The notes under the pieces: generated by a model
What the model saw: the letters and a program-made list of their open reading frames with translations, nothing else
What the model was told of the DNA's origin: nothing
Database searches by the model: none
Part shown: positions 14,099 through 27,249 of the stretch, piece after piece
Position numbering within the stretch: the stretch's first letter is position 1
How the letters are laid out: every line of letters starts with the position of its first letter
Position numbers and translations under genes: made by a program
Assembly (NCBI GenBank): GCA_000320545.1
Contig: ADNK01003479.1
Location: 1-64,000, forward strand
Length of the DNA stretch: 64,000 bases
Direction: 5' to 3'
Source of the DNA: Bigelowiella natans CCMP2755
Taxonomy: Eukaryota > Protista > Cercozoa

Positions 14099-14598
14099 GG
14101 ATCACTACCATCAATATATAGTATTCGTATCTTGCTCAAGATTATTCATAATTGTGTGGGGGGCGAGCATGCGTAAGTAGTAGATATACTCTACTGCCAC
14201 TACTAGGTTCTACGAGTAACTACCTTCCAATTGTAATGCCATTTCCTCCAAAAAGACTGTGCATTCTTTTCATTCCTTCATATACTATGACCAAATCTTC
14301 CTCATTCTCGGAAGAAACTTGGGTAGTAGTAGAAGAAGAAGTAGGAGTAGGACTAGGACTAGGAATAGTAGTTGATCTTCGTTTATTGCGTCCATTGTTT
14401 CCTCCTCCTCCTCCTCCACCACCACCTCCTCCTCCCTCTTCATTGTTTTGGAAATGGCGACTTGAACTACCACCATCTTTTTCGCTGCCAAAACGTCGTA
14501 AGGGAGGATGAAAAGCAGCAGTAGCAGTATCCGGAAATGTGTTTTTCGATGCAGTAGTAATAGTGTGATTCGTAGTAAAAGGATGTCTAGGAATAGAC

Positions 14599-14635
<37 letters not shown>

Positions 14636-15052
14636 AGGCGGGAGAGGAGAAGAACTTGGACACGACAGTGAGAATTTTATCATGTCCTATCATAATATGA
14701 TCTCCGCCCACAAGACGACGCTCTTTAATCCTTCTGTGTGAAAGGCGTAAGAGGAATAACAATACTTCAGCAACTTCTTTCTCAAAATAGTGTGGGGAAC
14801 ACCATATATGTCATACAAGCAGCGTGTGATTGTGTAAATGTACACATATATGTACTACTCGTTGAATATATCAAACAGTTATAATATCGTTACTACTTTC
14901 CATTAACTCGGGTGCCGTTTGTAGATAGATCTCGAAGCAACCCGCCACAAAGTATTTCTGCGTGCTCCCCGGAAACTAAAGAATCCTGGTGTGCGTCGTA
15001 CAATTCTATCTTACCAACTTATAATATGCGGTAGCTGATTGATAAATGTGAT

Positions 15053-15083
<31 letters not shown>

Positions 15084-15282
15084 CTTGATGACAACATCAC
15101 TTGATGTTCTACGTCCAATAGTAATACGCTGGTTTCTATTCTTGCAGCTTATATCCCATTCCTTTCATAAACGGGGGACAAAATGAACGAGGTAAATTCT
15201 CGTAATTATTACCTAATCATCATCATCATCATTTTCTTGGGCTGCATACCTTGTCATCATAAATGAGAACCATCTCTTCCAT
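7846..15282 (-). CDS. Multidomain protein: two FHA domains, a PPR array and a catechol-O-methyltransferase-like SAM-dependent domain
   Basis: FHA1: ITIGRRTSSDVVIK|DSLVSGEHAEI...RDLSTNGTRVNG|...GDHIMIG. FHA2: ITIGR|AKSADVILKLPGISRHHCRIVD|GMIWDLGSRNGTVINN...|IGDEIKIG. A phase-2 intron at 13173-13039 joins into the large exon with PPR repeats (KDNFTYTSAIGVCEK, PNHRTFGAAIRSCARAGQW). Then VLDIGGYIGYSA, LVFMDHN, VADNVLFPGSPIFLWY and a last exon ending at 7846. The start codon is tentative. Confidence 0.8.
13721..13860. repeat. Three tandem ~47-bp copies overlapping a splice donor
   Basis: ctagcatccactactactattacgacttaactacgctattttaccat x3. Confidence 0.9.
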
Positions 15283-16304
15283 GATCGTGGTGGCAGCTTG
15301 CAAGCAACACGGGACGCAGATATCCACTTAGACGACTTGATGGCGGGGAATCTTTATGTTAATTGGCATAATATTTCCCTTCTGCTGCTCCTCCAGATTC
15401 TCAATAGTTGTTATCGGTTGCTGCTCAGGTGGTGTTATTAGTCAATCGTCCTTGGAAAGGAGGGTTTTCTGCATGTTCCTCCTCCTCGATACCACAGCTT
15501 CATCCTTAATCCTCATCATATATTCGTTGGTGTATATCATAGTTTCATCATTGTCATCAGCATGCACTTCCTATCCCATGGACTTCCTCCCTCCTCCTGT
15601 CCTTCTCTCGGTCCACGATCATCCGTACTCTTAGAATTTTGCTAATATTTCCGTTGTCGCAATATGCTTTTGTAGGCTAAAACGTCATACACTTTTGATC
15701 GTTGTCGCAGAAATCTTTTCCATGCCAAAATCCTACTTTTCGTTGTTGTCGTCGAACAGCAAACGCTCGTACAGAGATACTCTCTTCGTGCACCACCACT
15801 CGACAAGCAATCGTCATACGAAAGAGTGAGCGAGGAGGAGGTCAACGAGAAGAACACCTCCGTAATCAAGGCAGCAGAGGCGCCACACACGGGTAGATTA
15901 ACTAGAATAGTGCGGGACGATAAGTTGTGCAGCATATGTGACGTACAATGCTTCTCGATTTCGGATGATATCTTCATGATGATGATGATGATGATGATGG
16001 CAACCCTTAACATTGAATCAATATAACATGTATTCTTAGTGTTAAATTATTTGGATTTCAAATCATCGCGTCATTTTCTTGCACGAATGGCCAACTTCCC
16101 TCCCCAATATGTGATAAATGATTGATGATGTTCTTCTGCAGTCGGTGGTGGTGAGGACTCATCACGAGCAGGCTAATCCCCTTATCTTATCAAGCACCAA
16201 CTGTAAGTAAGTGACAACAATCCTTTCCCGTCTGGAACATCCAGTCTCGCATAGCAAATTAAGACTGACAGGGTGCACAAATACTGCTTGCAGTCGTCGT
16301 TGGA

Positions 16305-16336
<32 letters not shown>

Positions 16337-16516
16337 ACGTGGGTCTGGGTAAATTATCATGCGAAAGAACTACACAGCATTGAATGTCGGCCAAGAGGAT
16401 TTTGCCGAGACTGTTGGAAACATCAACGAGCATGAGTTAAATAGTCGTTTCAAGATACTTTTCTTGGGTGATGAGGGAGTAGGTGATGATGCTTCATAAC
16501 AACTATCCCCCCCCCC

Positions 16517-16584
<68 letters not shown>

Positions 16585-16622
16585 TGGTCTCCATCGTACC
16601 TACCTCTGTACTACGTTAATAG

Positions 16623-17318
16623 ATGCCATGGAACATATGCTGCCGTTTTTGTCTTGTAAATTCGCAAAAAGGTTGTCTTCCCTCTAGTGTTAATTAATAA
16701 CTACTTGCAATATTACCATTAGGCAAAACAGCTCTTATCCAACGCTTCTTGACAAATGAGTTCTCTGAGGTAACGTGGTGATGATAACCCTCCTCATTGA
16801 TATGTAATGAAGAAGCCTCTTTGATGACAACTCAATTAGAAATATTCACCCACTGTTGGTATGGATTTTAAGTCGAATACGCTTTTCCTTGGGGGCAGGT
16901 TGTAAAACTTAATAATATGCACACTGCTGGTGTGTTTTTATCATCAGTCATCTAGTTTGGTTTTCTTTCTCACGTGCAGTAGTCGTCTTTTGTTTGTTTG
17001 CATTTCTTCTTTTCTATTCCAAGGGGGGTGTTTTATCGTCCTTGCCAGAATGAGATACATCTTGCATTTCAAAGCATCATCATCAATACGGTGGTGGTGG
17101 TGGTGTCTTCTCATGCGTCGTGTGTTCTATATTCCGGTTGTTATCATCATCATCATGTCCTCGGTTGCTGAATCGATGATGGATGCGCTGCTCTCTTACT
17201 TGCTTACACGGGGAACATCAGAATAACTAAATTGAAGGTCACCATTTGTGGTCATCGTAATCACCAGTCTCTTTATCTTCTCCCTCTTCTCTTCTTCTTC
17301 TTACAACTACTACTACTC

Positions 17319-17349
<31 letters not shown>

Positions 17350-18680
17350 ATCTTGCTATTCCAAAATTTCAAATTGTAATAATTTGTTTTAAGTGTAAAA
17401 ATCGTCGTTACGATGTCATCGTCTACTTCTAGATATGGGATGCCTCCGGCCATCAGAAGTTTAGGAGCTTGATACCACAATATATACGTGATGCTGGTAC
17501 CATAACACCATTGATAATACCACAATATATACGTGATGCTGGTACCACAACACCATCATCATCATCATCATCATCATCATCATTATCACCATCTTAATCA
17601 TAGTCGTAATTAACATCTTTTACATGTTGTTGTTGTTATTGTTGTTCTTGTTATCGTTGTAATATATTATTGTTATTATTCGTGATTAGATGTTATAGTG
17701 GTTCTCTACGATACCTCGAGCAAGAAATCGTTTGAATCCATTGGAGAATCATGGATGCAAACTATCGAAGAAGTAAAGCCAACTTCTCAGGTATGTGTAT
17801 GTATTATGATGTCTTTTGAGCATCGAGGATGGAGGAGGATGATGTGTTACACACATTATGATTTTCCCTCCTATCCTATCCTGTCCTATCCCTCCTCCCT
17901 GCTGCTGCTGCTGCTGCTATTGCTTTATTAGATATTACTAGTTATGATCGGAACAAAAACGGATATGGTCTCAGGACGTGCTGTTACAGAAAAAGAGGCG
18001 TCAGTTAGCCGCACACACACACACACACACACACACCATAGCAGCAGTAGCAGTCGATTGAATCAATGTCCCTCAACCCACACTTAATCATCACCGTATT
18101 GCTGCTGCAGTATTACCAAATAACTTGGTGGTGGTGATGGTGGTGGTGGGTGATATGATACTAGTGCAGTTAAGCTGATGATTCTATTCGATTTATGGAG
18201 CAGCTTCTATTTTTGAATAACATGCGTGCAGAACTAAGACAGATGAATCATGCTGCTAGTATATTTATTAGTGTATCTAGGGTATATAATTTACGTAGCT
18301 TCACATATGATTGAAAGAAGACAACAAGGCAGAAGAAGAAGAAAGAGCGATGAACGACTAATCGCTGCTGACTCCTTTTAAAACAATAACAGCCGAGGCG
18401 TAGCAAAGGAATTTAAAGCATTGTACTTTGAAGTCACCGCAAAGGAGGTCATTACTAGTAGTAAGAAGAGAGAGTGTGTGTGTGTGTGTAATACGTTAGT
18501 AGATATCATCCTTTAGCGAAGAACATAGGAGGCTGCATCGCTACTACTGTTTTCACACAATTCATACCAAATCACGTATATTTTCTTTCTTCCTATGATT
18601 CTTTTCCTTTCCCCCCCCCCTTCCTCCGTTCTTTTGCTGCCACGCTCTTTCTCTAAAAATCATCATCGTCATCGTCGTCG

Positions 18681-18716
<36 letters not shown>

Positions 18717-19230
18717 TCATAATCTCGTACAATAATTGATAGGATGGAGATCAATGCAAAGAGATATTTCAAACTATTGCAAGAAGGTGGTGGTTGAGAT
18801 CTGAATAAAATAGCTGTTAGATGGTTGATGATATTAAATGGAGACTACTACTCGCTCATCATCATCATCATCATTATCATCATCATACACGGTCGTAGTG
18901 AGAAGAAAATGGAGAATAAGTTGGGGAAAGATGAGGAAGAGGAGGAGAAGAAAATTCAGTCAATTCACTCGTTTTCCCAATCAAAATATAACATTGATTA
19001 TGAGTACTAGCATCATCAGGTCTTCTTCGTCTTTGATTATTATCATCATTATAATTATTACTCGGGTTATCATCATCTTGTTTCCTAGGCTGTCTCCTTC
19101 TGGTACTCATGGAAACAACGACGATGACGACGAAAAGGGGGGAGGGGGGCTTGGCGATATCGATTTGATGAAGGGTAGTTGTAATTGTTATTTAACAGTG
19201 ATGTTTGTTAGGTTTGTTGTATGATGATGG

Positions 19231-19262
<32 letters not shown>

Positions 19263-20544
19263 CACATATTTTTCCTTTTGTAGTAGTACCAGCAGGATAT
19301 TATGTTGTTGATTCACTGACTAACGACGAGTAGTACATATAACCCCCCCCTTTATTACTACTACTACGACTACATGGAAAGTGTTATTAACACTGTTTTT
19401 GCTACTGTGTTCTTCCTTCATCAACCACCTTACCCCCCCCCCCCGTCTTAGAGTTAGATGAGCTAGATTCAGACTACTACGGAGACGAAGAGGATGAAGA
19501 CCAAAGCTTTTGCTGCAAGCTTTGTTGTTGTTTAGGTATTATTGTTGTTGTTACTGGCATCATATGCTGTATCTGAAGAAGAGTAGGAAGAAGAATAACT
19601 AGAACAAGGACTCTATAATAGCGATAAATAAGAGATCAAAACAACCCAATGATAGGGAAAATAGTCACAGTGCTGCTGCAGAGACAAAACTGATTTGATA
19701 CAAATATTGATTGTATATGTGGTGTTTGTGTGTTTGTGTGTGTGTGTGTGTCTGCTGAGCGTACATTGTGTGATTGATTGGTTGATTGATTGATGAAGGT
19801 TGCTAATAACTCATGTATACTTTCTAGGAATATTTTGTCCTTGTCTGGCTTTTCTTTGTGATAAGAACAAAAGCAGCAGCAGCAGAGCTCAAAAGAGGTC
19901 GGTCATATCAGTTGTGAACTACTATAATGATAGAGAAACTATACGATCATATCAGTTGTGAACTACTATAATGATAGAGGAACTATACGATAAGAACAAA
20001 AGATGAATATGTAGGCTACATAGTTAGCATGTAGTAGATATATCGTGGATCAAAGATGATAAGTTTTGTTAATATTTGAAAGAAAGAAGACAACTGAATT
20101 TCGAGAATGATGATGGCATATATGTGTATTTAATTGTTTGTTAGCTCTCACATCATGCTGCAAGGCGCGGATACTCCAAACGGGAGAACTAGAAATAGTG
20201 CTGGGAACAGCAACCACGCCAATGAAGCAGGACACCAAGGCGATGATGACTCTCCATCGAATCCCTTTGCATCTTTAACAGAGCAGGTATTTTAATATCG
20301 TTATCATCATGAGATTTGATGTATAATTTGAACATACGTAAGGAGAAAGCAGCATCTATTTCATCGGCATGTAGTAGTATCACAGTATCTACTACTGCAA
20401 TAATATTAATGATGCCTTAAGAGGCTGATACATCTAATATTTATCCTGTCTCCCTCCCCTCCCCACCCTCTCTAGGGTGTATTTACTATTGATCCAGAGG
20501 AAGAGTTAGAAGATCTCGATATTGATGATGATGATGATGATTGA
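16623..20544 (+). CDS. Atypical Rab-family small GTPase (Rab6-like switch II)
   Basis: Short exons: GKTALIQRFLTNEFSE|KYSPTVGMDFKS|IWDASGHQKFRSLIPQYIRDA|DVIVVLYD...|MIGTKTD|...YFEVTAKE. The 3' end is uncertain: stop at 19576, or further exons ending in an acidic tail at 20544. Confidence 0.85.
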
Positions 20545-20879
20545 TGGATGGATGGATGGACAATAAATAAGATTCCTCCCCAAGCTACTTCATCATTCTC
20601 GTCTTTCGATTAGCGTAATTTCAATCCAAACGCCTATAATAGCTACAATGCTCATTGATAAAATTTGATAGGTGCACGTGATATTTTTAACAGCATTCAT
20701 GAACAATTTGTCTACAGTCATGTGAGAATTGTTCAAGATGATATGCCATGTGTATAAGCAATCATCACTCGTATTATTGCACGAGGGGTAGGACTGCTGC
20801 TGACGCAATGAAGCGTAACAATTTGTGTTGGTCATTGTAAAAGCATTTGAACAAATGGGTTGATAAGTAGCAACTAAGG

Positions 20880-21870
20880 ACACAGCATGCATCATCATGT
20901 GGTGCATCTTGCAGCAGTGTGTGTGTGTGTGCAATTGTCACACAATCTTGTCTAGTTGCACATGTTGTCTGGGAGCTGCGCATACAACATGACACGACAT
21001 GGGATTGCCTAGCCATTGCGTAGATGTTCGATCCCATCCATGCGGGCATAGGATTGGTTGGCTCCAAGCTAAAACTATACGAGCACGTTTGTTTGCATGC
21101 AGAAAGCAGTATTAGTTGTCATCCATGCGCATGTGTGTGCATGCATGCATGACGACGTGACCTGCTGACATAATGCACATTTAAAGCATGCCAATGGATG
21201 TATACTGCTGCTAGGCTAACAAAATTTGCTTTTGTTGTCGTTGTTGTCACGTTGTGTTGTGTCGCAGTAGTAGGCTAGACACAAAGCCGCCCTGATGCGC
21301 AGCGGTGTGAACAATCCACGACGGCAAGTACAGCATTTCGATCATGATGCGGCATGATTGCGACAAAGTTACAATAACATGATCATTGTGCGTCAGGCTG
21401 TAATCGATAGGTTGCCTTCTCGACTACATCACATTTGCGTCAACACAGCGCACACGCAGCGGTGCAACGTGGTGGTTTTGCTTTGATTCGTTCACACTCA
21501 ATGGCGATAGCTAGACAGCTACTAACAACAACAACAACCACGGAATGAATGGAAAACGCCGCATGGCATGTTGTACGTAGCCACTGTTTGCTTGCTACGT
21601 ACGCACGGACTAAAGTGTAGTATATAACGTAGCCGTCTAGCCGTAGTACGTGCATACACAGGATGGAGTCATCATATCGTCAGTGAGCTGTGTGACAGCA
21701 CCGTGTGCAATGCAGCTTTGGACATCGTGTCAGCAGATCAAGCTAGCATGTCTACACGTAATCCACATATGGATAGGAACACATATGTGTGACACTGTTC
21801 GCGTATGTACACATGTAACAGCATGTAATAGCGTACATCTAGACATGCTAGCATGCCGTAACCTAATTTG
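20880..21870. other. Partially TpA-depleted island
   Basis: GCATGCATGC/TGCA-rich with reduced but present TA, many in CTAG/TAG. Confidence 0.65.
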
Positions 21871-22028
21871 TTTCACTACAGAGATGCTTCATGCATAGTT
21901 ATTACGCTTTTAAATTTTCATCAAATATTTGATACACCAACTGTTGAAGTATTACAACAACGTAACTGTTTTCATCAGAACAGTGTTCAGTCATATCTTT
22001 GCAAATCTATTCATATGCTTCATCAATT

Positions 22029-24169
22029 TCAGTGCTCCGATTTCTTGTCGGACAATTTTTTTGCGCGTGAAAGAGCTTCCGAAAGATTGAAGCGCCGGCT
22101 CATTTTGGAGTCATTATCCTCACTCTGATCTTTATCGTTATTTTCAGCAATATCATCCTCATCATCATCTTGTTGTCCTAACCCTCCAAACCATTTTGCA
22201 CTCTGAGCCAAACCCTTGTCAAGACGTTTATCAAGACTTTTGTTGCTGTTGTTGTTGTCTCTTTTCCCTACACCCTCTGCCTCCATCTTGCTCAACTTCA
22301 ATTCCGTAGCACGAATAGCTTCTTTTGTGCCATATCGATCGATGAGAATATCCGCAAATTTATTCAGACGGAGAGCGTTTGTTTTGAGAAACGGATGATC
22401 AAGTTTGTGTACAGGACTGGATGTTGGGAATACCATTTCCGATATATACCTAGTATTGTGACGACGATATTTAATATTATAAGGTGCAATGACTTAACGT
22501 TATTGAATAATCGCAAAGCACATAATACAGAATAATATGTAAACACGCTACTCACAAGACGACTAATATTTTTTAGAAAATGGTACTACTTACTCTTCGT
22601 GCTCTGGTAAATCTTCAAAGTAATAACTTAACGCAATATTGGCAATGCGGTAGATGATAGTAGCGATTGTCTTGAGATTTTTTACCCTCATCCCACCTTG
22701 CACCTGTCTTCCTATTCCCAATTTCCATGGCATTTGGATGAAGGAAACAACGACTCTATAAATGAAGAACCCGATGATGAGCATACGTTTTCTATCTTGA
22801 TTCATATATTGTATAGCACCATCACTATCTGTCTCAAGATTCTCTATTTCATGATTGAACAACCAATCTAGAGGAAAATAAATCCCATCTCTGACAAGAA
22901 ATTGAGATATGAAATTTTGCAACTGTCTTGGCATTCTCAGGCTCGGGCCTCCTTCTGCGAGTCTCAGCAGACCCTTGCAAATTGCCGTTGTACGAATCTC
23001 CAACCTCATCAATTTGCGCTTTATACTATGGCCTTCTTTTGATGAAGCATTAATCGTGAGATCCATGCTACTCTCTAGGAGCACAGAAGTTAATGGTGTT
23101 TTTAATGCCGGAATTATCCAACGACTTGCTAGCAGCATGAATACACCATAGAATTCATCAAAATCAGATAAGTGCTCGCCTTTCCGAGCAAGCTTGGTTT
23201 GATTGGCCTATTAATATTATTAATGAATGTGATTGGCCTATTATTATGAATATATGAATGAATGAATGTTTCATAATACAAAACCACCATTTCTGATAGT
23301 TAAAGTACTGCAACTTAAATCCAGTGTTTGTGGATTATCATGCAACTCTCCTAAACTTAAAACATATCATAATTTCCCATTTCCTTGTATACCAAACAAC
23401 ACACACAAACCTGTTTTTGAAGTCTAATGAAAAATATGAGCCAAAACGCAACATACTTGAGACGGATTTTCCCTTTAAAACGGTTGTTGAATGCTGAAGA
23501 AGAAGAAGGAAGGAGAGACCCCGTTTGAGGATCTTCTATCCCCTTCTTGTTTGTTTTTTCTTTGTCCTTTTGTTCATTTTCTTCCTCGGAATCACTAACA
23601 TCGCCGATGTTTAGTTGTATCTTCTCCAATAATGTCTCCCAAGGAGGAGGATGATGATTTACAGCATCTTCAAAATTTGGAGAGCTACTACTACTAGTAT
23701 CCATATGCGGCGATCGATATATGCTTTGACTCGTCGTGTTTTGCTGTTGTTGTTGTTGTTGTTGTTCTTTACTCTCACCACCCTTCTTACCCCCTGCAGT
23801 TTGCTTGCTATTATTATTATTATTATTATTATTATTGTTATCATTTGCGCTGCTACTGTCATTGTTAATTTGGTTGTCCGTGGAAAGAAACACAGGGGAT
23901 AAAGATGCTATTGATGCTGAATTTGACGGCGGACGGCACTGTCCCTCCTCCTCTCCCTTTCTTCGCGATGATGATGAGGAAGGTGAATTTAATATTCCCC
24001 TCCTGGGAACTGCAGCAGCAATTTCTTCAAGTCTCCGATTTAAATTAGACGTCAATGCTTCTTGTTGCTGTCGCTGAAGTGCTCTCGAATTAAGCATCAT
24101 CTGGTGCATCTTTACCATCATCATATCCTAAAGGATGATAATGTCGATGAAGATGATTATCATATAATC

Positions 24170-24204
<35 letters not shown>

Positions 24205-24640
24205 AATCGTGATGATGCTATACCAATGTACGTTCACTTAATGCCGACATTTAGCTGCATATACTTAACAGTAAGGAAAATTGTAATACTGAGGAAAAAT
24301 GACCATCAAAGCTATCTAACCCTTTGTTGTTGCATGAGCATCTCCTGGCGTTGTCTTTCAATCATCTTGTGCTTTGCTTCGGTATGCTTTTCAAGATATT
24401 TCTTCATCATCATTACGTCATACTTCTCCTGCTTTCCCCCCCCTACATGTTGCTGTTGCGGCATCATCAAGTCCTGTAATATGTTAGTATGATGTTTGAA
24501 CCAATGATACAGTATTTTCTACTTCAGTACTCTTTGCTTCATACAACTTGCAAACTAGCACCAAAATCTACTCTAGCTAACGAGATCACCATGTACATGT
24601 AGTAGAGAAAATGTTACGAACAATCTGCCTATCAATAGCG

Positions 24641-24672
<32 letters not shown>

Positions 24673-24779
24673 TATATTAGGTTACAAAATTGCCTGATAT
24701 CCTTCTGTGTGAGAATGATCTGATCTCTTTCTCAAAATACCATCACCATATCGACCAAGGTGACGATGACCTGCTGCAT
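22029..24779 (-). CDS. Hypothetical multi-exon protein
   Basis: Long non-repetitive minus-strand ORFs 22029-22436, 22590-23138 and 23357-24124 with plausible splice junctions. No family recognised; 5' end uncertain. Confidence 0.6.
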
Positions 24780-26099
24780 GATGCTTTGCGTGGTTTCTTC
24801 TCTTCAGGTGCTAGAATTAAATACCAAACATACGTTTACTAAGATTAAATCAACATTTTCCGCGCTTTTTCTCTAATCTTTAAAAACGCCAGAGAGTAGA
24901 AGCCAATAATCATCATCACCACCACCACCACCACCACCACCACCACCATCTCCAATGGTGGACTATATGCAGTGAATTACGACGATGAACAACCAACCTC
25001 AAGACGTAGTCGAATCCTTTCTAATTTATTATGCCCATCATCCATGCTGTAGTAAACAGAGCCCAACTGCAAACAATATTATTGGTCATCCTCGAATTGT
25101 ATCAGGAGGAAACAAACACTTGCTGCAACTTGATCAGATTTTTAAGGTAAACAATAGGAATTATTCTGGTATTATATCTTGGATCTATTGACATAAATAT
25201 GATGATGACACACCGCTACTACAATGTTATGAAGGATTCGTGGACAAAATTCGGTGTTTATTATATTAGCGCATCAAGTGAATACAAGCACTGTGCAAAA
25301 TTTAATCTTTCTACCCGCTGAAGATTACTAAAATATCAGTATGTATTGCAACCTGGTTTCTTCGATGGTAAGCATATTTCAATGCCTATTAAATTTGTAC
25401 GACGTCGTAGTAGTGAATTACTACTTGTTTGAGACAATCGATGATAGTAGAGTACTACTACTAGTAGCAGTTGTATCTAGTAGTAGTAGTCGTATTCCTA
25501 GTTTTTACTACCTGCAGTCGTTTCTGCGTGTTGATAACACGTTGCTCCAAAATTGAAGAAGATGGGCGGTGGTGAGGAGTATTTGCACTCGTCCCCACCT
25601 TTCTCCTTCGTGCATCATCATCGTCCTCATCACCTTTACCATCGCATCGCTGCAGATCTGACGAAAGAGCTTTCCTCCGTAGTTCCTTTAGTCGCCAAGG
25701 AAGAGAACACCACATTCATGAATTACATTTGTGTATATAAATATGCGTGTATATTTATTCATAATGTTTATCCATATAAATTATTTTCAGCTTCCACTCA
25801 ACATCACAATAAGTACCCCCAGCTTCCGCCTCAAGTCATCCATTATTTTTCTTTCTGTGGGGCTGCTGCTCGGGACTGGCAGTTGTTTCAAGTGGCTAAC
25901 CCCATGCCCAATTATCAAAGGAGGATAGCTAAGAAATAAGCCTTTGGTTAGTTGTCGCTGTGTATAAATATAGGCCATTATCTACAATTTATTAGCATTT
26001 AAAGCCTTTCGTAAGTTGTCGCTAGGTAATTTTCTGGGCCATTCTTTCTTCAATTGCTGGCCGACCGAACCTACGAGTCGTACTCGTACTCAGATCGAT

Positions 26100-27130
26100 G
26101 GTCGTTTGTGGCTCTTGATGCTTCCTTTCTTTGCAAACACATGAGTTCACAGAGCTTGCAGGTGTTTCCTCAGGAGCGTGGAAGCCTTAATCAGTGTTTC
26201 CAACCGTCTCCTTTCTTCTTCCTACTCTCTGTGCTCTTCCTGAATTTCATTTCACTTTTGACGGCAGGTTGTTCCTTCCATCCTGTTTTCCGCCACTTTC
26301 ACAAGTCCTCACTTCATCGTTCTGGATTTCGTTTCTGCTTTGCTCTTGTGTTGCTTGTGGCGTGCCTTCACGTTAGCAGCGTAGCGTGTTGCCTGTTCAT
26401 CGTGTTGAATGTCAAATTGTCATCGATTTTTCAATGTTTCTTTCTCTGATTGATGCAGGGTCGTGTGGGAGAGTTGGCACATCCCACGATCCTTGCAGAT
26501 CCACCACTGCAATTGCTTCATTCGTTTGCTGATGAAGTTTTTTCACAGTGCTGATGTGGAACTACTTCATTTATTCATTTATTCTTTGCTGATGTCATTT
26601 TCACATTGTGCACGACCGCTCCTCTTTTGGCGGTGCAACACCTTTCCTTTCGGCCATGCAATGCCTGGACCCTCATTTGTCACATTCGCGATGCGATCCG
26701 ATGCCTCACACTAATGCACCAATGACAGCTGTTCCATGAGTTACGGATGCATGATGAGTTGCGTTGAAGCCGTGCACATTTTTTGAAACAGGAACAGCAG
26801 CATCATTTGAAGATGTACACGTGTGTTGATGCACATGCATGATGAAACGGATATATACGGACTAGCGGATGCAATGAAGTAATTGGATCTTTTAATGGTC
26901 ATACAGATCCTAATGTAGCTGTGTAATGCAGTGGCTACGACAGAGCTTATGTTGTGTCTATTTGTTTCCATCATAACGTGTTTCATGCATGTGAAAGCAT
27001 CCTCTCTCTAGCTCTGCGTGTCACGCACATCGTGCAGCACATGTGTACATGCGGCGAGTGGCAGATTATTGTTCATGCACAACATGCATGAATTTGGCAG
27101 TTTTTAGTTGTGCGTCTCGTGTAAGGTAGC
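26100..27130. other. TpA-depleted island
   Basis: 26100-26840 has very few TA despite being T-rich; depletion weakens toward the IDI 3' end. Confidence 0.75.
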
Positions 27131-27249
27131 AGCCACGGTCGACTAAAACGACTTGATCGATGTCGCAATCAGATCGTTTAGTTCATAATTTGCCGCTTTT
27201 AGTCCATAACGCATCCTTCAAACATTCCACCACTCTACACCATGCATCA

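Noticed and set aside
15356-16433. Additional gene or extra 5' exons upstream of the FHA gene
   Set aside because: Some coding-like composition, but I could not build a consistent spliced frame.
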